NCBI GenBank assembly: GCA_905178155.1
Contig: CAJINV010000012.1
Location: forward strand, 1,864,492 to 1,928,491
Direction of reading: 5' to 3'
DNA length: 64,000 nucleotides
Source: Amoebophrya sp. A120
Lineage: Eukaryota; Protista; Dinoflagellata
Shown: piece after piece, positions 1 to 12,600 of the stretch
Position numbering within the stretch: position 1 is the stretch's first letter
How the letters are laid out: every line of letters begins with the position of its first letter
Made by a program: the position numbers and the translations under genes
Notes under the pieces: generated by a model
What the model was told of the DNA's origin: nothing
Seen by the model: the letters and a program-made list of their open reading frames with translations, nothing else
Database searches by the model: none

Positions 1-3000
1 ACGTATTAATACATAACTGCAATTACTACGAGTGCGATACTTTTGCATTGCATAAGTCGTTGAAAGCGGCGATTTTCCGTGGGATTAACTTCTCCACCAA
101 GACCTGCCTGGGCGGCCGTGGGTTCCCCTCGCCGTCGAGCTTGAAGTTGATCGACGAAGACTCGGACTTCATGGATTTTAACAATCCACCAAACTTTCCT
201 ATGGAGTTTTCTCAAACGTTAGCGCTCTCAACTGTTACATGAGTAGTTTGTGATACAAGAATAGCAAAAGTAAATAAAGCGGGGAGCAGCTTTTACCTCC
301 ACTCGCATCGCAATTTTACCACAGGTCTCCATGCTGTTTGCCCTCCTCGGCGAATCAATTTGTCAAGCGAAGTAGCTTCATGTTCATCATGTCAATGCAA
401 CAATTCAGAATGTAACTATTGAGAGTTCCTTAATTCCGTTGTTCAAGCTATCCTCCAGATCGTCCTCGTCCTCGTCCAGGGCCCTTTCGTCGTTCCTCAA
501 AAACTATGCCTTGCCAATATACTGTTTGGGTCTACTGGATTATACTTGTGTTGCGACTACTCGAATAAAAATCGCAGAGTAGTGGAGCCGCTTGCACCAA
601 GGCGGAACAGCATGAGAAGTTTTGCGGCGAGGTTTCTTGTTGCAGATTCATTCGTGGTAATATGAGTTTCGCAGCAGAAAAAAAAATGGAGAATCGTATC
701 TATTCTATGCATCACAAAAACAAGAAACCCTTGCTGTCCTTGAAGTCTTCTTGCATTCCAATTTCAGACCCAGACACGTTTGCAATGCATAGACACGCTT
801 CGCCCGCGGTATTGTACAGAATATCGCAGTAAATCGCGACTTCGGGTTCCACCTGGATGTTGGCCCCTTCTTTCGGATAGTCAATCACCGCGTTGGTTAC
901 GGGAAATCGGTTCAGCCTTTCGATGATGTGCTGCAAAACGGAATTGTCCTTCACCTGCGCCTATGCATTGCAAAAGGGTCGCGCTTCATCGTAGACATGA
1001 TCATCGTCATCGGTGGATCGGCTTTGCCGACCGGGTAACCCAACGCCTCGTAGGCACGATGCATGACAAGTCTCCTTCTCAAGGTGAATCAACATGACAA
1101 ATTCCATTTGTCATCATGCTGAGCTAATTTGTATCGCAATTATCACTACTAAGAAGAACGATACTTTTGCGTTGTTCTTGCATAGCACCTGCTGCTCATC
1201 CAGCAATTTCTCGATCGTCGCGATCGATTTCGCGTGTCCGCGCGGCTCGCCTGAGGGAGAAAGCAGCACGTCATCACCATTCCCGTCCGGGTTGCTCCTC
1301 AAATCGATGGCATAGGGGATGGAAGGATTGCCGGCGATCATTTCTGGTACCTTACATGACGCCTGATCCGCGGACTGTTCTCGTAATCTGATTACCTCTT
1401 TCTCGGGCGGCAGCTTCGAATTGGATTGCTCCCTCGCGATGTCTATCGAGTGCAAATTTGTCTGGGTCTGGAAGATTTTGCAAGTTTGTCATGCATCTTT
1501 TGGATCACACAGATGCTCTGGAGTGCGCACATGAGCATTACAAGTTTTGTTCAGGTCTCCTGATGCCTATTCTGCATGAGAACCTTGCTATTTGCATAGC
1601 AAAAAGTAGACAGCTTTTGGCTTTCATGCAACACAAATTTTTGCGTAATCCAGACCCAGAGTTTGCATGACAAGTTTGGACTCTTCCAGAGCCAGACATA
1701 TTTGCAATGCATAATGTCTTTTGCAGTTTTGTCGTTGCTTGTTCCTGCGGGAGGGGACGGGGGTGCTTCGTCTTTGTTGTTCTGATTCCTACTCAGTTCC
1801 TTTTCCTCTTCGGAAGACAGCAGTGCGCTCCTATCATACTCGTGCATTTTCGCCGCGACTGTTTGGACTGCCGCGCCCGCGCTGGGGGACGAGAGGGATA
1901 AGTTTTTCTTTTTGCTCGGCAAGTACATCGACGCAGACTTGTATCGCAAGAAAAAAAATTTTCTTTCACTGTGAAGTTGCCATGGAGAGGAAGGACGACG
2001 CAACACAGAAGTGTGTTTGCCTTGCTAGACCTAGACATGCAAGATAAATACATTTTTGAATGTGTTGTCCTTTAGGAAGCTCGCATGGCAGATTTTCCTC
2101 TTGATGTAGAGCAAACTTGTGATGCAAAGTCTTCCACCTACGTACTACTTGCAGTTACAGTGAAACAGTTTAATTTTTGTGGGATAACTTGGTGGGACTG
2201 TGATCGCCGTTGGCTTCCGGAACGTAGAAGGCAAATATCGCCGCGGGTGTTGGGGCTTTGGTCTGTTAATGTATGAGAGTGATTCAAGTTCAACATCTCA
2301 TCTGTAGTTCATGCACGAAAAAACAAATCTGCAAAGCGACATAATTGCGCATGTCCAACAGACGCTGTAGTTCTTGCATCAGAAAAACTACCTCCCAACA
2401 TTCATACGTAAAAAATACCTCTTTTTTCTCCACCACCGCCACCGGCTGGGCGCCCTTCGCTGGCGCTTCTCCCGCCATCTCCATGTGCCCAGCGACATTT
2501 CCCGCGACTCCCAGCCCGACGCACCGCCGCCACTGCCGCTCGCGAGCCATGCGCCTCACGGCGTAAATTTCCGAGAACATCTCGAGCATGTCTTCGAATC
2601 GCAGCCCAGGGTCGCCGGAATCGGCAAATTCTTTGCGCAGCTGTGCCGATTTGGTCCTTTGGAGCGGGGAAAACTGGTCGCTATCCAGCAGGTCGATAGA
2701 CTGAGGTTTTGTGATTTTTGCCATGAGTGGTCGTGCTTCGATACTTTTGTCATGCGAAATGAGCTTGGACGCGTATAGGCTAAGCACTTCCAATATTAAC
2801 ATCACAAACTGAAGAAAGATGTTGGAGAAGAAGAACCAAAGTGAAACTAGAGAAACTGTCAACTTCTACCTCCACTCCTCTATTCTTCTGTGGCGTCTTC
2901 AACACGATTGGGTTTCCGTGCAACGGACTCGCTTCCCCCTCCCCGTTGACAGGTCTGGTAGCGCTATCCTGAGCAAAAGTATCGAGCTCGTACTTAAATT

Positions 3001-4156
3001 GCAATAGCAATCGTGCCTCGTCGTGACAGAACATGTCTTTCCTTATCATCTCCAGCGTGTGCATGACACACTCGATTTCCTTTCCCGGACAGCATGACAA
3101 ACTCCATTTGTTGTTGGAGAAACAAATTGGCAGAATTGCAACTACCACTGGTTGGCACAACGATACTTTTGCACATTCCGTAACTACTACCGTTATCGAA
3201 CAAGTCGTCGGTCAGAGCAGTTCGGCTTTTCGCCTTTTCCATTTCGGTCGTGCCCTATAACCTGCTCAGGTGTTACAATCTCAAACGTTACAATACAATA
3301 CGGAAATCTGTGATGCAAGAGTGCATGATCTAGCCTCTTCCCACAGGATTGCGCATGACAAGTTCTGGAGTCCCAATCCGCACTACAATCTGGCAAAATT
3401 TATATTGCAAAAAGTGGAATGCTGTCCGAGTCTGTCATGCTCATCATGCAATACAAAACCCACATTCTATTCGCAACGTTTGAGATTGTAACGTTTGAGC
3501 AGGACATATGCCCAAATTTGATTTTTTCCGCGACCGGTAGTTTTCACTCATCAGCATGTCCTCGATATCGAAGAAAAAAGTGTTACAGTAACACATTGTG
3601 GTGCAGGCCAAGCAAGACAGACAAGCTCTGTCATGCCGGATATGCGTAGGGTCCTCGTCTTATGGGTGTTTTCCCGTAGGATTTCTGCATTACAAGTTTT
3701 CTCACTCATGCAGAGAAATTTGTGTTGCTGAATTCACTACAAATGTGTAACTGTAACACTTTTTTCGTGGGATACTCGAAGAGTGTCCGGGCGATGTCCC
3801 GGGATATGGTCGGGTGGATCCCGAGCTGGCGGCACATCAGGGCGAGTTCGTCTTCCGAGACGTAATATGCTGTGCAAAAGTAGTTATCATAAACATAATT
3901 TGTAGAAATTGGATTACCGCATGACACAACACCTGGTCATCTAAATTAGTCAGCATTACAAATTCCACTTTGTTCGTCCCTTTTACCACTGCAAAGAAAA
4001 CTTTGTCATGCAGTGACATCTGCAGCTGGCACTAGTACGATAAGTACTTTTCTATGCAATGCATAGATAGCCGTCGCTGTTGATGTCAATGGACCGGAAA
4101 ATCGCCCATTCTCGGGGATACTGGTCCTTCAGCGATTTCTCGTTGTCGGTCAACAT
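1..4156 (-). CDS. Multi-exon protein: N-terminal EF-hand fused to a DUF5718-like domain with long insertions (runs off left edge)
   Basis: Spliced exons give FRSIDINSDGYVSEDEL (EF-hand), then GLGVAGNVAGHMEMAGEA, PAAIFAFYVP, NIQVEPEVAIYCDILY and LIPRKIAAFND in the order I recall for DUF5718. Frame is kept across TIR elements, e.g. LFE|DMLMSENYRSRKKSNLG|TTEMEK. Start ATG at 4156 is tentative. Confidence 0.75.
200..432. mobile_element. Introner family H
   Basis: TIR type TATGG..CTCAAACGTTA; TSD tttcc/attcc. Confidence 0.7.
505..791. mobile_element. Introner family B (degenerate)
   Basis: Right TIR cagacccagacacgtttgcaatgcata; TSD decayed. Confidence 0.6.
962..1184. mobile_element. Introner family A-like
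   Basis: tatgcattgcaaaag...cttgcata; TSD gcgcc/gcacc. Confidence 0.65.
1444..1713. mobile_element. Introner family B
   Basis: TIR TATnnnnTGCAAAT.TGTCTGGGTCTGGAAG; TSD atgtc/atgtc. Confidence 0.9.
3256..3508. mobile_element. Introner family H
   Basis: TIR; TSD tgccc/tgccc. Confidence 0.85.
3566..3774. mobile_element. Introner family J
   Basis: TIR TATC..GAAAAAAGTGTTACAGT; TSD ctcga/ctcga. Confidence 0.9.
3866..4065. mobile_element. Introner family A (degenerate), splits the EF-hand loop
   Basis: TAT..ATA ends; TSD cgtaa/gatag. Confidence 0.65.
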
Positions 4157-4163
4157 GACGGGC

Positions 4164-4319
4164 TATCCTGTGCAAAAGTATCGCACTCGTACAAATTATT
4201 GCAATTATGCATGACAAATCTTATCCTTAAGGTAAAACAGCATGACAAATTGCAGCTCTCATGCTAAAAAAATTTGCAATGCAATTTATACCAGTACGAT
4301 ACCTTATTTGCAATGCATA
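4164..4319. mobile_element. Introner family A
   Basis: TIR TATnnnnTGCAAAAGTATCGYACTCGTA; TSD cgggc/cgggc. Confidence 0.9.
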
Positions 4320-6661
4320 CGGGCGGACGGTGGCTGTGCTCGCGGAGATGAACGAGAGCTACGAGTGCAGCGACTTTTTCCTACGCAGCGACCGAAGGCA
4401 AAGGCTAGCTCCGGATTTTTTTCCTTATTGGACTTCTTTTTTTTCGGATGCTGACACGCACCATGAGAGGTTTCGCCACACTATCCTACCTCTCGAAGGA
4501 AAACAACTAGCAGAGGAGTAGAGAAAATTTTTGAAATTGTTGCAAAAATATGTAATCCGAAAGAAGTGGATTCCGATTCTTGGGGAGACGAAATAAAACA
4601 AAAGGTTTAAAAGCGGTGGAGATAGCGGAAGTAAAATTGTGTGCGAGGCAGGTGCATAATGGTGCTGTTCTTGCGCTAGATTTCTTACGTGTCTTTCTCC
4701 CCGGAAGAGCAAGAAGGCTGTACTAACGCTTCTACAGATGTCATACAAGACAGGTCGTGCAGAAGTACTAGCACTACGACTTACACCGCTCAGTTTTCTA
4801 CTTCAGCTCTCAGAGATAGACAGCTAGTCCGAGAAAGGAGTTTATTGCTCAACAGAATCTGAATCTACAACTCTCATCGTACACAGGTTGAGAGGGCCGC
4901 TTTGACGCTTGAACTTCGTACAACTTCACTCGACTCGCATCAACAGAAAGGAAAAACTGAGTCAACAGATCATTGAGGCCTTTCATTCTAGGGACCTTCG
5001 TGACAAAAACCGAACTTTCTAGCAACTACGGCGGGTGTTAGTTACGGATTTTCCGGACAAAGAAAAAACCTGCATAAATAAGTGCACTGAAAGTGGCAGA
5101 CATCATCGCGGCAGTGCGATCGCAAACTTTGGGATGAAGTCCTCGCGGTCGTGATGAAAACGAAAAATGCGCCAGCTTGTTTTCCTTTCAACCAAAAAAA
5201 GAGGTTCTTTTTACGTACATTCCCTGGACGTCGCTAAGGTAGGCGGCCGGGCACAATTTTCATAAATCTATCATGTTTTTCTCTTTAAATTTGCGTTCCT
5301 TCTAGTAGTTTCATCCTGTGGGAGGTGGACTAGTTATGATCGATAGGATACCATGATGAGCCATCTCATAAGTCTCGTCAAGCAAAGCTACCTTTGCATC
5401 AACCAGGTCCAGGCAGAGGCAACTACTACTACATCGATGACAGACGTCATGATAGGTAGCTCCAGCGCCTCTTGCAACTACAACAGCCGCGCAAGCTTAT
5501 AACTGGCTTGTGCTCGTTATTGTCGTTCATACTGGCTGAGAACGAAGTAACGCCTGACGAGTCTAATTTGTACATTCCTGATTATAGATACGCATGAGCA
5601 CGAGCGAGCTCTCTGTGCAAGTAGAATGGTGCTTCTTGTTGCTTACGGCCCTGGTACAACATCCGCGGCTTTGACAGGCAAAAATCGAAAGTAATTATGC
5701 AGGTGGCTGAAAGGAAAGCGGTATTTTTCCGTGACAATAGTACACGGTCGTGTACTAGTGCCGGTAAGAAGTAGACGTAGCAGCACCCGTATTAATAATT
5801 TTTGTGGCCACTCGCACTCGAGCTCGACGCATAGTACATGTGCAGAAGGTGGAAAGCGCGAGCTGTATGATTCGCTATGTATCATCGTTGTAGTAGGTAC
5901 AGCAATCACAACGACTCGCCTATTAGTAGGGCAAGGCGAGCAACTGCGGCTGCACTTTTTTTACAACTCAGGCTGCAAATTATATGGAATTGGCACGTGT
6001 GCTTCAACAGCGTCGCTCCTGCAACAACACTTCTTCACATTCTACAACCAAGCGCATACTGAAATCATCAAGGAACATACTACGGAACTATAAAGTGGTG
6101 AAAAACTACAAAATTGTCGGGACTTCTTCTACAGCAAAGCGCAGCAAGTGACAAGAATCGTCTACACAAAAGGAAGTATGCGTGGCTTCAGCCCGATTAA
6201 AAAAATCATAGATATAATTCTTTATTTTTCAACAAGTTCAACATCAACATCATCTTCCCTGATGTTGCAGTTCTTGTTGTTAATCTTAGTCTCTCTTAAA
6301 AGGTCGTCTTGGTCTTCTTCTACAGTTGTATAAATTGTGCCCCCAACGTCTTCCGCGATTCAAAAACTTATAAAGTGTATACACGTTTTGCACGTAAACA
6401 AGGAAGAAAGTTTGTAATGTGTACATAGAAACCAAACCCTTACACTTTACGCCGACCTATGGTACCCAACTAGAGTGTAGCAGATGAGGAGAAGATGAAA
6501 CCAGCATCACCAGGCAATGCAAGTCGCTACCACGACCTCCATTACGCCCGTGGCCATCAGAAGCACACCCATAATCGCTTATTTCGCGAGGACAGGAAGG
6601 GAAGTAAAAGTATTTCCGTGTGCTGCGGCCCGGTCCATGAAAATAAGCCGGAACAATTCAA

Positions 6662-9600
6662 CTAGTCAACCGCATGCTTGTTCTCATTGTTCCGCAAATA
6701 AAACTCCGCAATGCTGGCAAACGCGCGTTTTGGTGTCGAGTGGATCGGGAAAAAGATCTCGAACACGTGGCACATTATCCAAGAAAAAAACTGTGCTAGT
6801 GTAACTTTCCTTGGCTGACAGCATCACAAATTTGCTCTACATGAGAGCGAGAACCTGTCGTGCGTGGCTTGTAAGGGAACACACACATGAAAAGAGGACT
6901 TCATGGTTTTCTGCCATGACAGGTGTAGCTCTGTTGCATGTTCTGCATTTAATGCAGAACATGCAACAGAGCTACACCTACACAGTTTTTTTCTTGCATA
7001 CACATGTCCTGAAAGATCTCAAACTCGATCTGGTTCTCCTCGATGGACTGCAACTTATCGACCAAATCCACTATCTGGTCGCGAAACAGTTCGTGCTCGC
7101 CCGCCGTGACCAGGATTTCAGTTTCAGGGAAGGAAAAGTTGTTCTCATTTTCGTTTTCCTTGGCTGGAGGGCTGTCGGTATTTTTGTAGTAGTAGGTCGG
7201 ACTGACGAGCGGACTACTCAACTTATCCACCGTCAGGGATCCGCTTGCCACGATGTTCGCAAACCGTTTCACTCCCTCCGGCCGGAAAATGTCCAGCTTT
7301 CTGTTCGTGACGAAGCTGGCGTATGGATAGCAAAAGTTGTATCGCACTCGTACTAATTGCAGATGCTTTCTAGAGGTGAATCTGCATTACAGGGTCAATT
7401 TTTCATGGTGAGAGAATTTGCCATGCAAAGATTTCTACCAGTGCGACACTTTTGCACAGGATAGTGCGTCCGACTGCTCCGAGGAGGTAAAGTCCACCCA
7501 GGGCGAAATAAGCACCGCACGGGGGGGCATCAAACTTCCGGGGGGTGGAGATGATGATGCGGGCTGCAACAATCGGGTCGTGTCTTCTTTCTCCCTTTCT
7601 TGTTCATCGGATGCTGTTACGGAAGACGACTTTATGTCGTGCGACAGCTCAGAAAAACTGGCCTCTTGCATACAACTCGCGGCGCGGCACGTTCGGGCCG
7701 TCGTGGCGGAGATAGTGGATGATGGTGTGTTATGGAGTGCAAAGGTATCGCACTCGTACTAATCGCGATCATGCATTACAAATTTTGTTCTCAAGGTAAA
7801 CCCGCATCGCAAATTTTATTTCTCATGCTGAGGGAATTTGTCATGGATTTATACGAGTACAACGATTATACTTTTGCAATTCATATGTGTGGCTTAATAT
7901 CTCAGGATGATCTACTTCCGCATGTTGTTGATCTTCACAGGAAGGCGCTACGGTTGCCATTTCATCTGGTGGTCCTGTTCTACTTTGTCCCGATGCTTCA
8001 CTAGTAGTTGTGCCATCTACTATCCTACTCCGCCTCCGGCTCCGCGCCAAACCCGCCACATTCCCGACGCCGCAACTCAGCCTCCCTCCGTGCAACCTCC
8101 CCTTCAAAATCTGCAACAGCTGTAAACACAGCCCGGCGCCGGCGGAGTCTCCGAACAAATTGATCCTACTTGGAGCTATCTTCAACACGTGGACGAGATG
8201 TAAGTAGCCCTGCAGACAGTCGTCAATGGTTACGACGATGTCGACATCTGGTGGTCGGCGGTAGTTCGGGGTGAAGAGCTATGCATTGCAAATATGTCTG
8301 GGTCTGGAAGATTCCAACCTGTCATGCTGACCCTGAATCATGCAAAAATCTGTGTTGCATAAGTGCCAAAAGCTGTCCACTTTCGACCAAGTTCGGAGGG
8401 AGTTTCTCATGCAGGATAGGCACGACAGTGACCTCACAGAGTCTGTCATGCATGGTGTCGCATTCCAGACCTCGGTCGCGGGCCATGAAAAACCTGCATG
8501 ACAAGTTTACATCCTTCCAGACCGAGACATATTTGCGATTGATAAAAGCAGAAACCCGGTCTTGTCCACCAGGTTGTACACCAGTCCCCGGTGGGTTTGC
8601 GTGGAGCAAACGACATAGCCTCCGCCGTGGATGAAGTAAATCACTTTCTGCTTCGGGTTCCGAATCGCCGCGAGAAACTTGCTATCGCTCGTGATCACGT
8701 GAGAGGGCTTCTTACTCCGGTAGCGGTGGTGCCACCGGGGCTTGTTGTGACTGGTATTTATTCCCGTGGTGCTCGACGAGGATGAGGAGGACGAGCTGCC
8801 GGCTGTACAACCACTTTGAGTTGTCGTCCCACCCGAAACGAGGTCGACGCTGTTGTTGTTGGAGCTGCAAAAATTTGCATTTTTACAACTCTTCGGCGTA
8901 CAGGATGTGGAGGTTGTGCTGGAACTACTTTTGTTCTGTGATTGGTTTACGACCTGATGCTGCTGTTGTTGGTCCTGCTGCTCCACCAAAGTAGCTTCGT
9001 CTTCATCACTACTGTTCCCACCCTCCTCTTCTTTCAATTCTGCATCAAAATTCTTCGAGTTCAAGTGCGGCGTCAGCTTGTTCGGCCAGAGCCAGTCGGC
9101 TTTAATTTCCTTAAACCCCGCCTCTTTTCCCTTGTTCACCTCCTTCTGGATGTAGTTGATGTGGTCGCCTCCTCGTCTACTACTACTAGTACTTCCAGAT
9201 GAAGTTCGTTCGCTCTTCTGCGTCAAACTACAGTTTTTGAAAATCATTCTCTTTAGCATTTTTTTCCTTTTCAACAGATCCGGTTCTTTCTCTTCTGTTA
9301 TGTCGTAATACTCCATCAGAACCTCATCGGGCTCCCGTACCGGTAGCGAAAACCGCGCCCGGCTGGTCTTCTATGAACTGCAAAAATATCGCACTCGTAT
9401 AAATGCATTACAAATTTCCTCAGCATGAGGAATAAAATTTCTGATGCGGATTTCCCTTAAGAAAAAGATTTGTAATTCATGATTGCAATACGATTACGAG
9501 TGCGATACTTTTGCAATTCATATCTTCCGAAACGGTACGATGAGTGTCGGCATTTTGATGTCGCCAAGAAACCGTATGGTCGGGACAATGTCGCGGTTCA

Positions 9601-12600
9601 GGAAGAAGCTCTTCGTGCCGAACTGCAGCCCCCAGAGAAAGTAGCTGTACGCGTAGTTGTGCGCGAACCGGGTTGGGTCGCGGCACTTGTCCAGCAGGGC
9701 GAGACAGCACCGGACGCAGTCACAGTTCGGCGTGACCGGCGCCCACCCGCTTTCCCGGATCTTCTTCAACTGCTTTTGCATCTTCACCGACTGCGTCGCG
9801 ATCCAGTCGTGCGGGTGCTGGGTGTAGCTGGTTATGCAATACAAATTTCCCGTACAATGTACAAAATGCATGACAAATCTCGCTAATTTGGGGTCGTCTC
9901 CAACTTGTCATGCTGAGTAAGATCGGAGGCAAGTTTTGTCATGCACAGCAGCCTGCATCTGTACGTCGCGTACGGGAAATTCAATATTGTGGATACTGGT
10001 GCAGTGGTTACTATGTCGACTACTGGAAGAAGAGCTGTTGCTGGTTCCGAACTTCGAGCTTCCACCTGGATGCGACTGGGATTGCTTGATATTCGCGCCG
10101 AATTGAGGAGTCGATTGTGTCCGGGTGGAGTTGCGACACGATTTCGGAGTGAGTTTGCCCTTGATCATGTTGGAACGACCTGAATAAATGTACTTTTCAT
10201 CTTGATCTTTTCCATGCGAAATCATCGTTTGTAACTCGAATGTCATCATGCGCAATAAAGGTACTTAGCGCCGTATGGATGTACAATTTCAAAAACGATC
10301 TTGCCTTTTGATTTCCTCATTTCTGTTCTTGTACACAATCATTCAAGCTACGATACAAAAAGTAGAATGACCAGTACCAAAACGACCTCCCTCCCCTCCC
10401 GGTGACCCATCTTCGTCCTCTTCGTCGAGAGTCGCATCGCAACAGTTCAAGTCTTCCTCCTCTGCAGGTGAGGCGCTTTTTCTGTGTGCTCTATCCAGGA
10501 AAAAACACCCATCCCCATCCATTTTTTGCATGACAAATAGTGGATTTTATGCATGTTTTGCATGACCAATTGGATGGGGATGGGTGTTTTTTCCTGGATA
10601 CGCTCTTGCGTGGTTGTACGGACATTCCCACTGCATGCGGAAACAACGGAATTCCTGGTCGAAAGAGGACATCAGCCCCTCTGCGTTCGTATGAACTGCA
10701 AAAGTATCGCACTCGCATAAATGCATTACAAATTTCGTCAGCATGAGAAATAAAATTTGTAATGCAGATTTAGCTTCAGAAAAAAATTTGTAATGCTGCA
10801 TGATTGCAATTACATACTACGAGTACGATACTTTTGCGCAGGATACTTCGAACTGTTTGTCCCACCTCCACTTGCACCGCAATTTGGAGTACTCTCCCAA
10901 TTCAAATTGACACTGCGATCATTCGAAGTGTCGCTTTCTCCGGAGATCTGTCTCTTGATCCGATTCTTCAGTTTGTCGTACGGCGAAAGCGGGGCGGGTG
11001 GGACTGCTTGCTTCGGTGCAGCAGCTCCTGGGAGTACTAGACGATGGCCTCGCGACGACGAGCTGCTAGGAGTTTTTAGTCCAACTTCTCCGTAGTTGTT
11101 GTCCTGTTGCGACAGAATCGCTTCGCGTTCCTCCGGAATGCTGCTATTCCAATCTCTTCTATTTCTGGAAGACGACGACCGATCATTTCGGGCTGAAGCG
11201 GAGCTGGGAGTGTTACTTGCAGCGTTGTTGTTGAAATGCCCGGCGTACAGGTAATACCGCGGCAAAGAGCGCCTGATTTCTGCGGCAGTCTTGTGGCGCC
11301 GCTTCGCAGCAGCTGCGTGTCCTCGTCCACTCGGAAGGCCGAGGTCAGTTCTGGAATCGAGCGGCAGCTGGGCCGTGGAAGATGAACTCCTTTCTACTTT
11401 GCTTTCGTCCTTCTTCATCTGCTCGCCTGACGCCGTGCTGTCCTGGAAAACTTCTTCTGGCGGAATGGTAGAGGACACGGAGGTTGTACTGACGAGTTTG
11501 TCTTCATCTCCTGCAGAAGGCACGGAATGATCCACCTCGCGCAGCTGCGAAGACACAGACATTGCCTTCTCTTCAGCTTGTAACTGCAAACCCTCACCGA
11601 CCAAGTCCCATAGAAGATGCGGATCGTGTGTTTGGCCGTGTGCAGCTGATGTTGCGCTTACGCCGCCTGAACTACAGGGGCCCGTAGCACTAGCATCTGC
11701 TTCATCACCAATCACTGGATCACTGTTCGCAAACTTTCCAGCTCCGCTCAAATCTGGGCTACTCGCGACGACGTCCACATCAGTCAAATCGGGTAAGGGG
11801 GAGGCGAACACGTCGGACCCGCTGCTGTTTGTGTTCTGCACAGCAAATGTGTCTGGGTCTGGCATGTGATGCGCATTTCGGAACACACAGAAATCTCTCA
11901 TGCATAGGCAGCAAAAGATGCCCTCTTCCTGTCACCAAAGTGGGGGATTGGTCATGCGGATTCGGCACTGCGAAGCCTTCTCGAAACCTGTGATGCTAGG
12001 GTTTCCATGCCAGACCTCATGTGTCATGCAAAAACAGCATGAAGACATCCTGCAGACCCAGACGTATTCGCATTTGATATGTGTTCTGCTCCAACAAATC
12101 CGGAGAACTCGTGTTCGAGTTGCTGATCGTGGTTGACTATGCATTGCAAAAGTATCGGACTCGTAGTACTATTGCAGTCATGCATTACAAGTCTTCTTCT
12201 TCAGGAACATCCGCATTACAGATTCCATTTCTCACACTGAGAAATTTGTAATGCAATTTTTGCGTACTGGTACTATGCTTTTGCAATACATATTGACCCG
12301 CACGGCAAATTCGAAGTGGACTTCACTGACGCTCGGGTTCTCGACGTTGCCCGGTATCGTGATGGAAAATTCCCCCTCCCCATATCGAAAAGGTATATCT
12401 CAGAAAATTTGTAATGCTGATCTGTGGCCACAGATCGTCTCTGTCTTGCAAGAACGCAACTGCACAGGCTCCGCCGCATTCTGCAGGCGGTTTGTGATGC
12501 TGTTGGCCCTACAGACTGGACGTTTGCCATGCTCAGCGCCTAGCCCAAAATCTCTCGCGCTCAGTCTTAAAATAGGCACGCAGTCCTCTCCAGCAAGACA

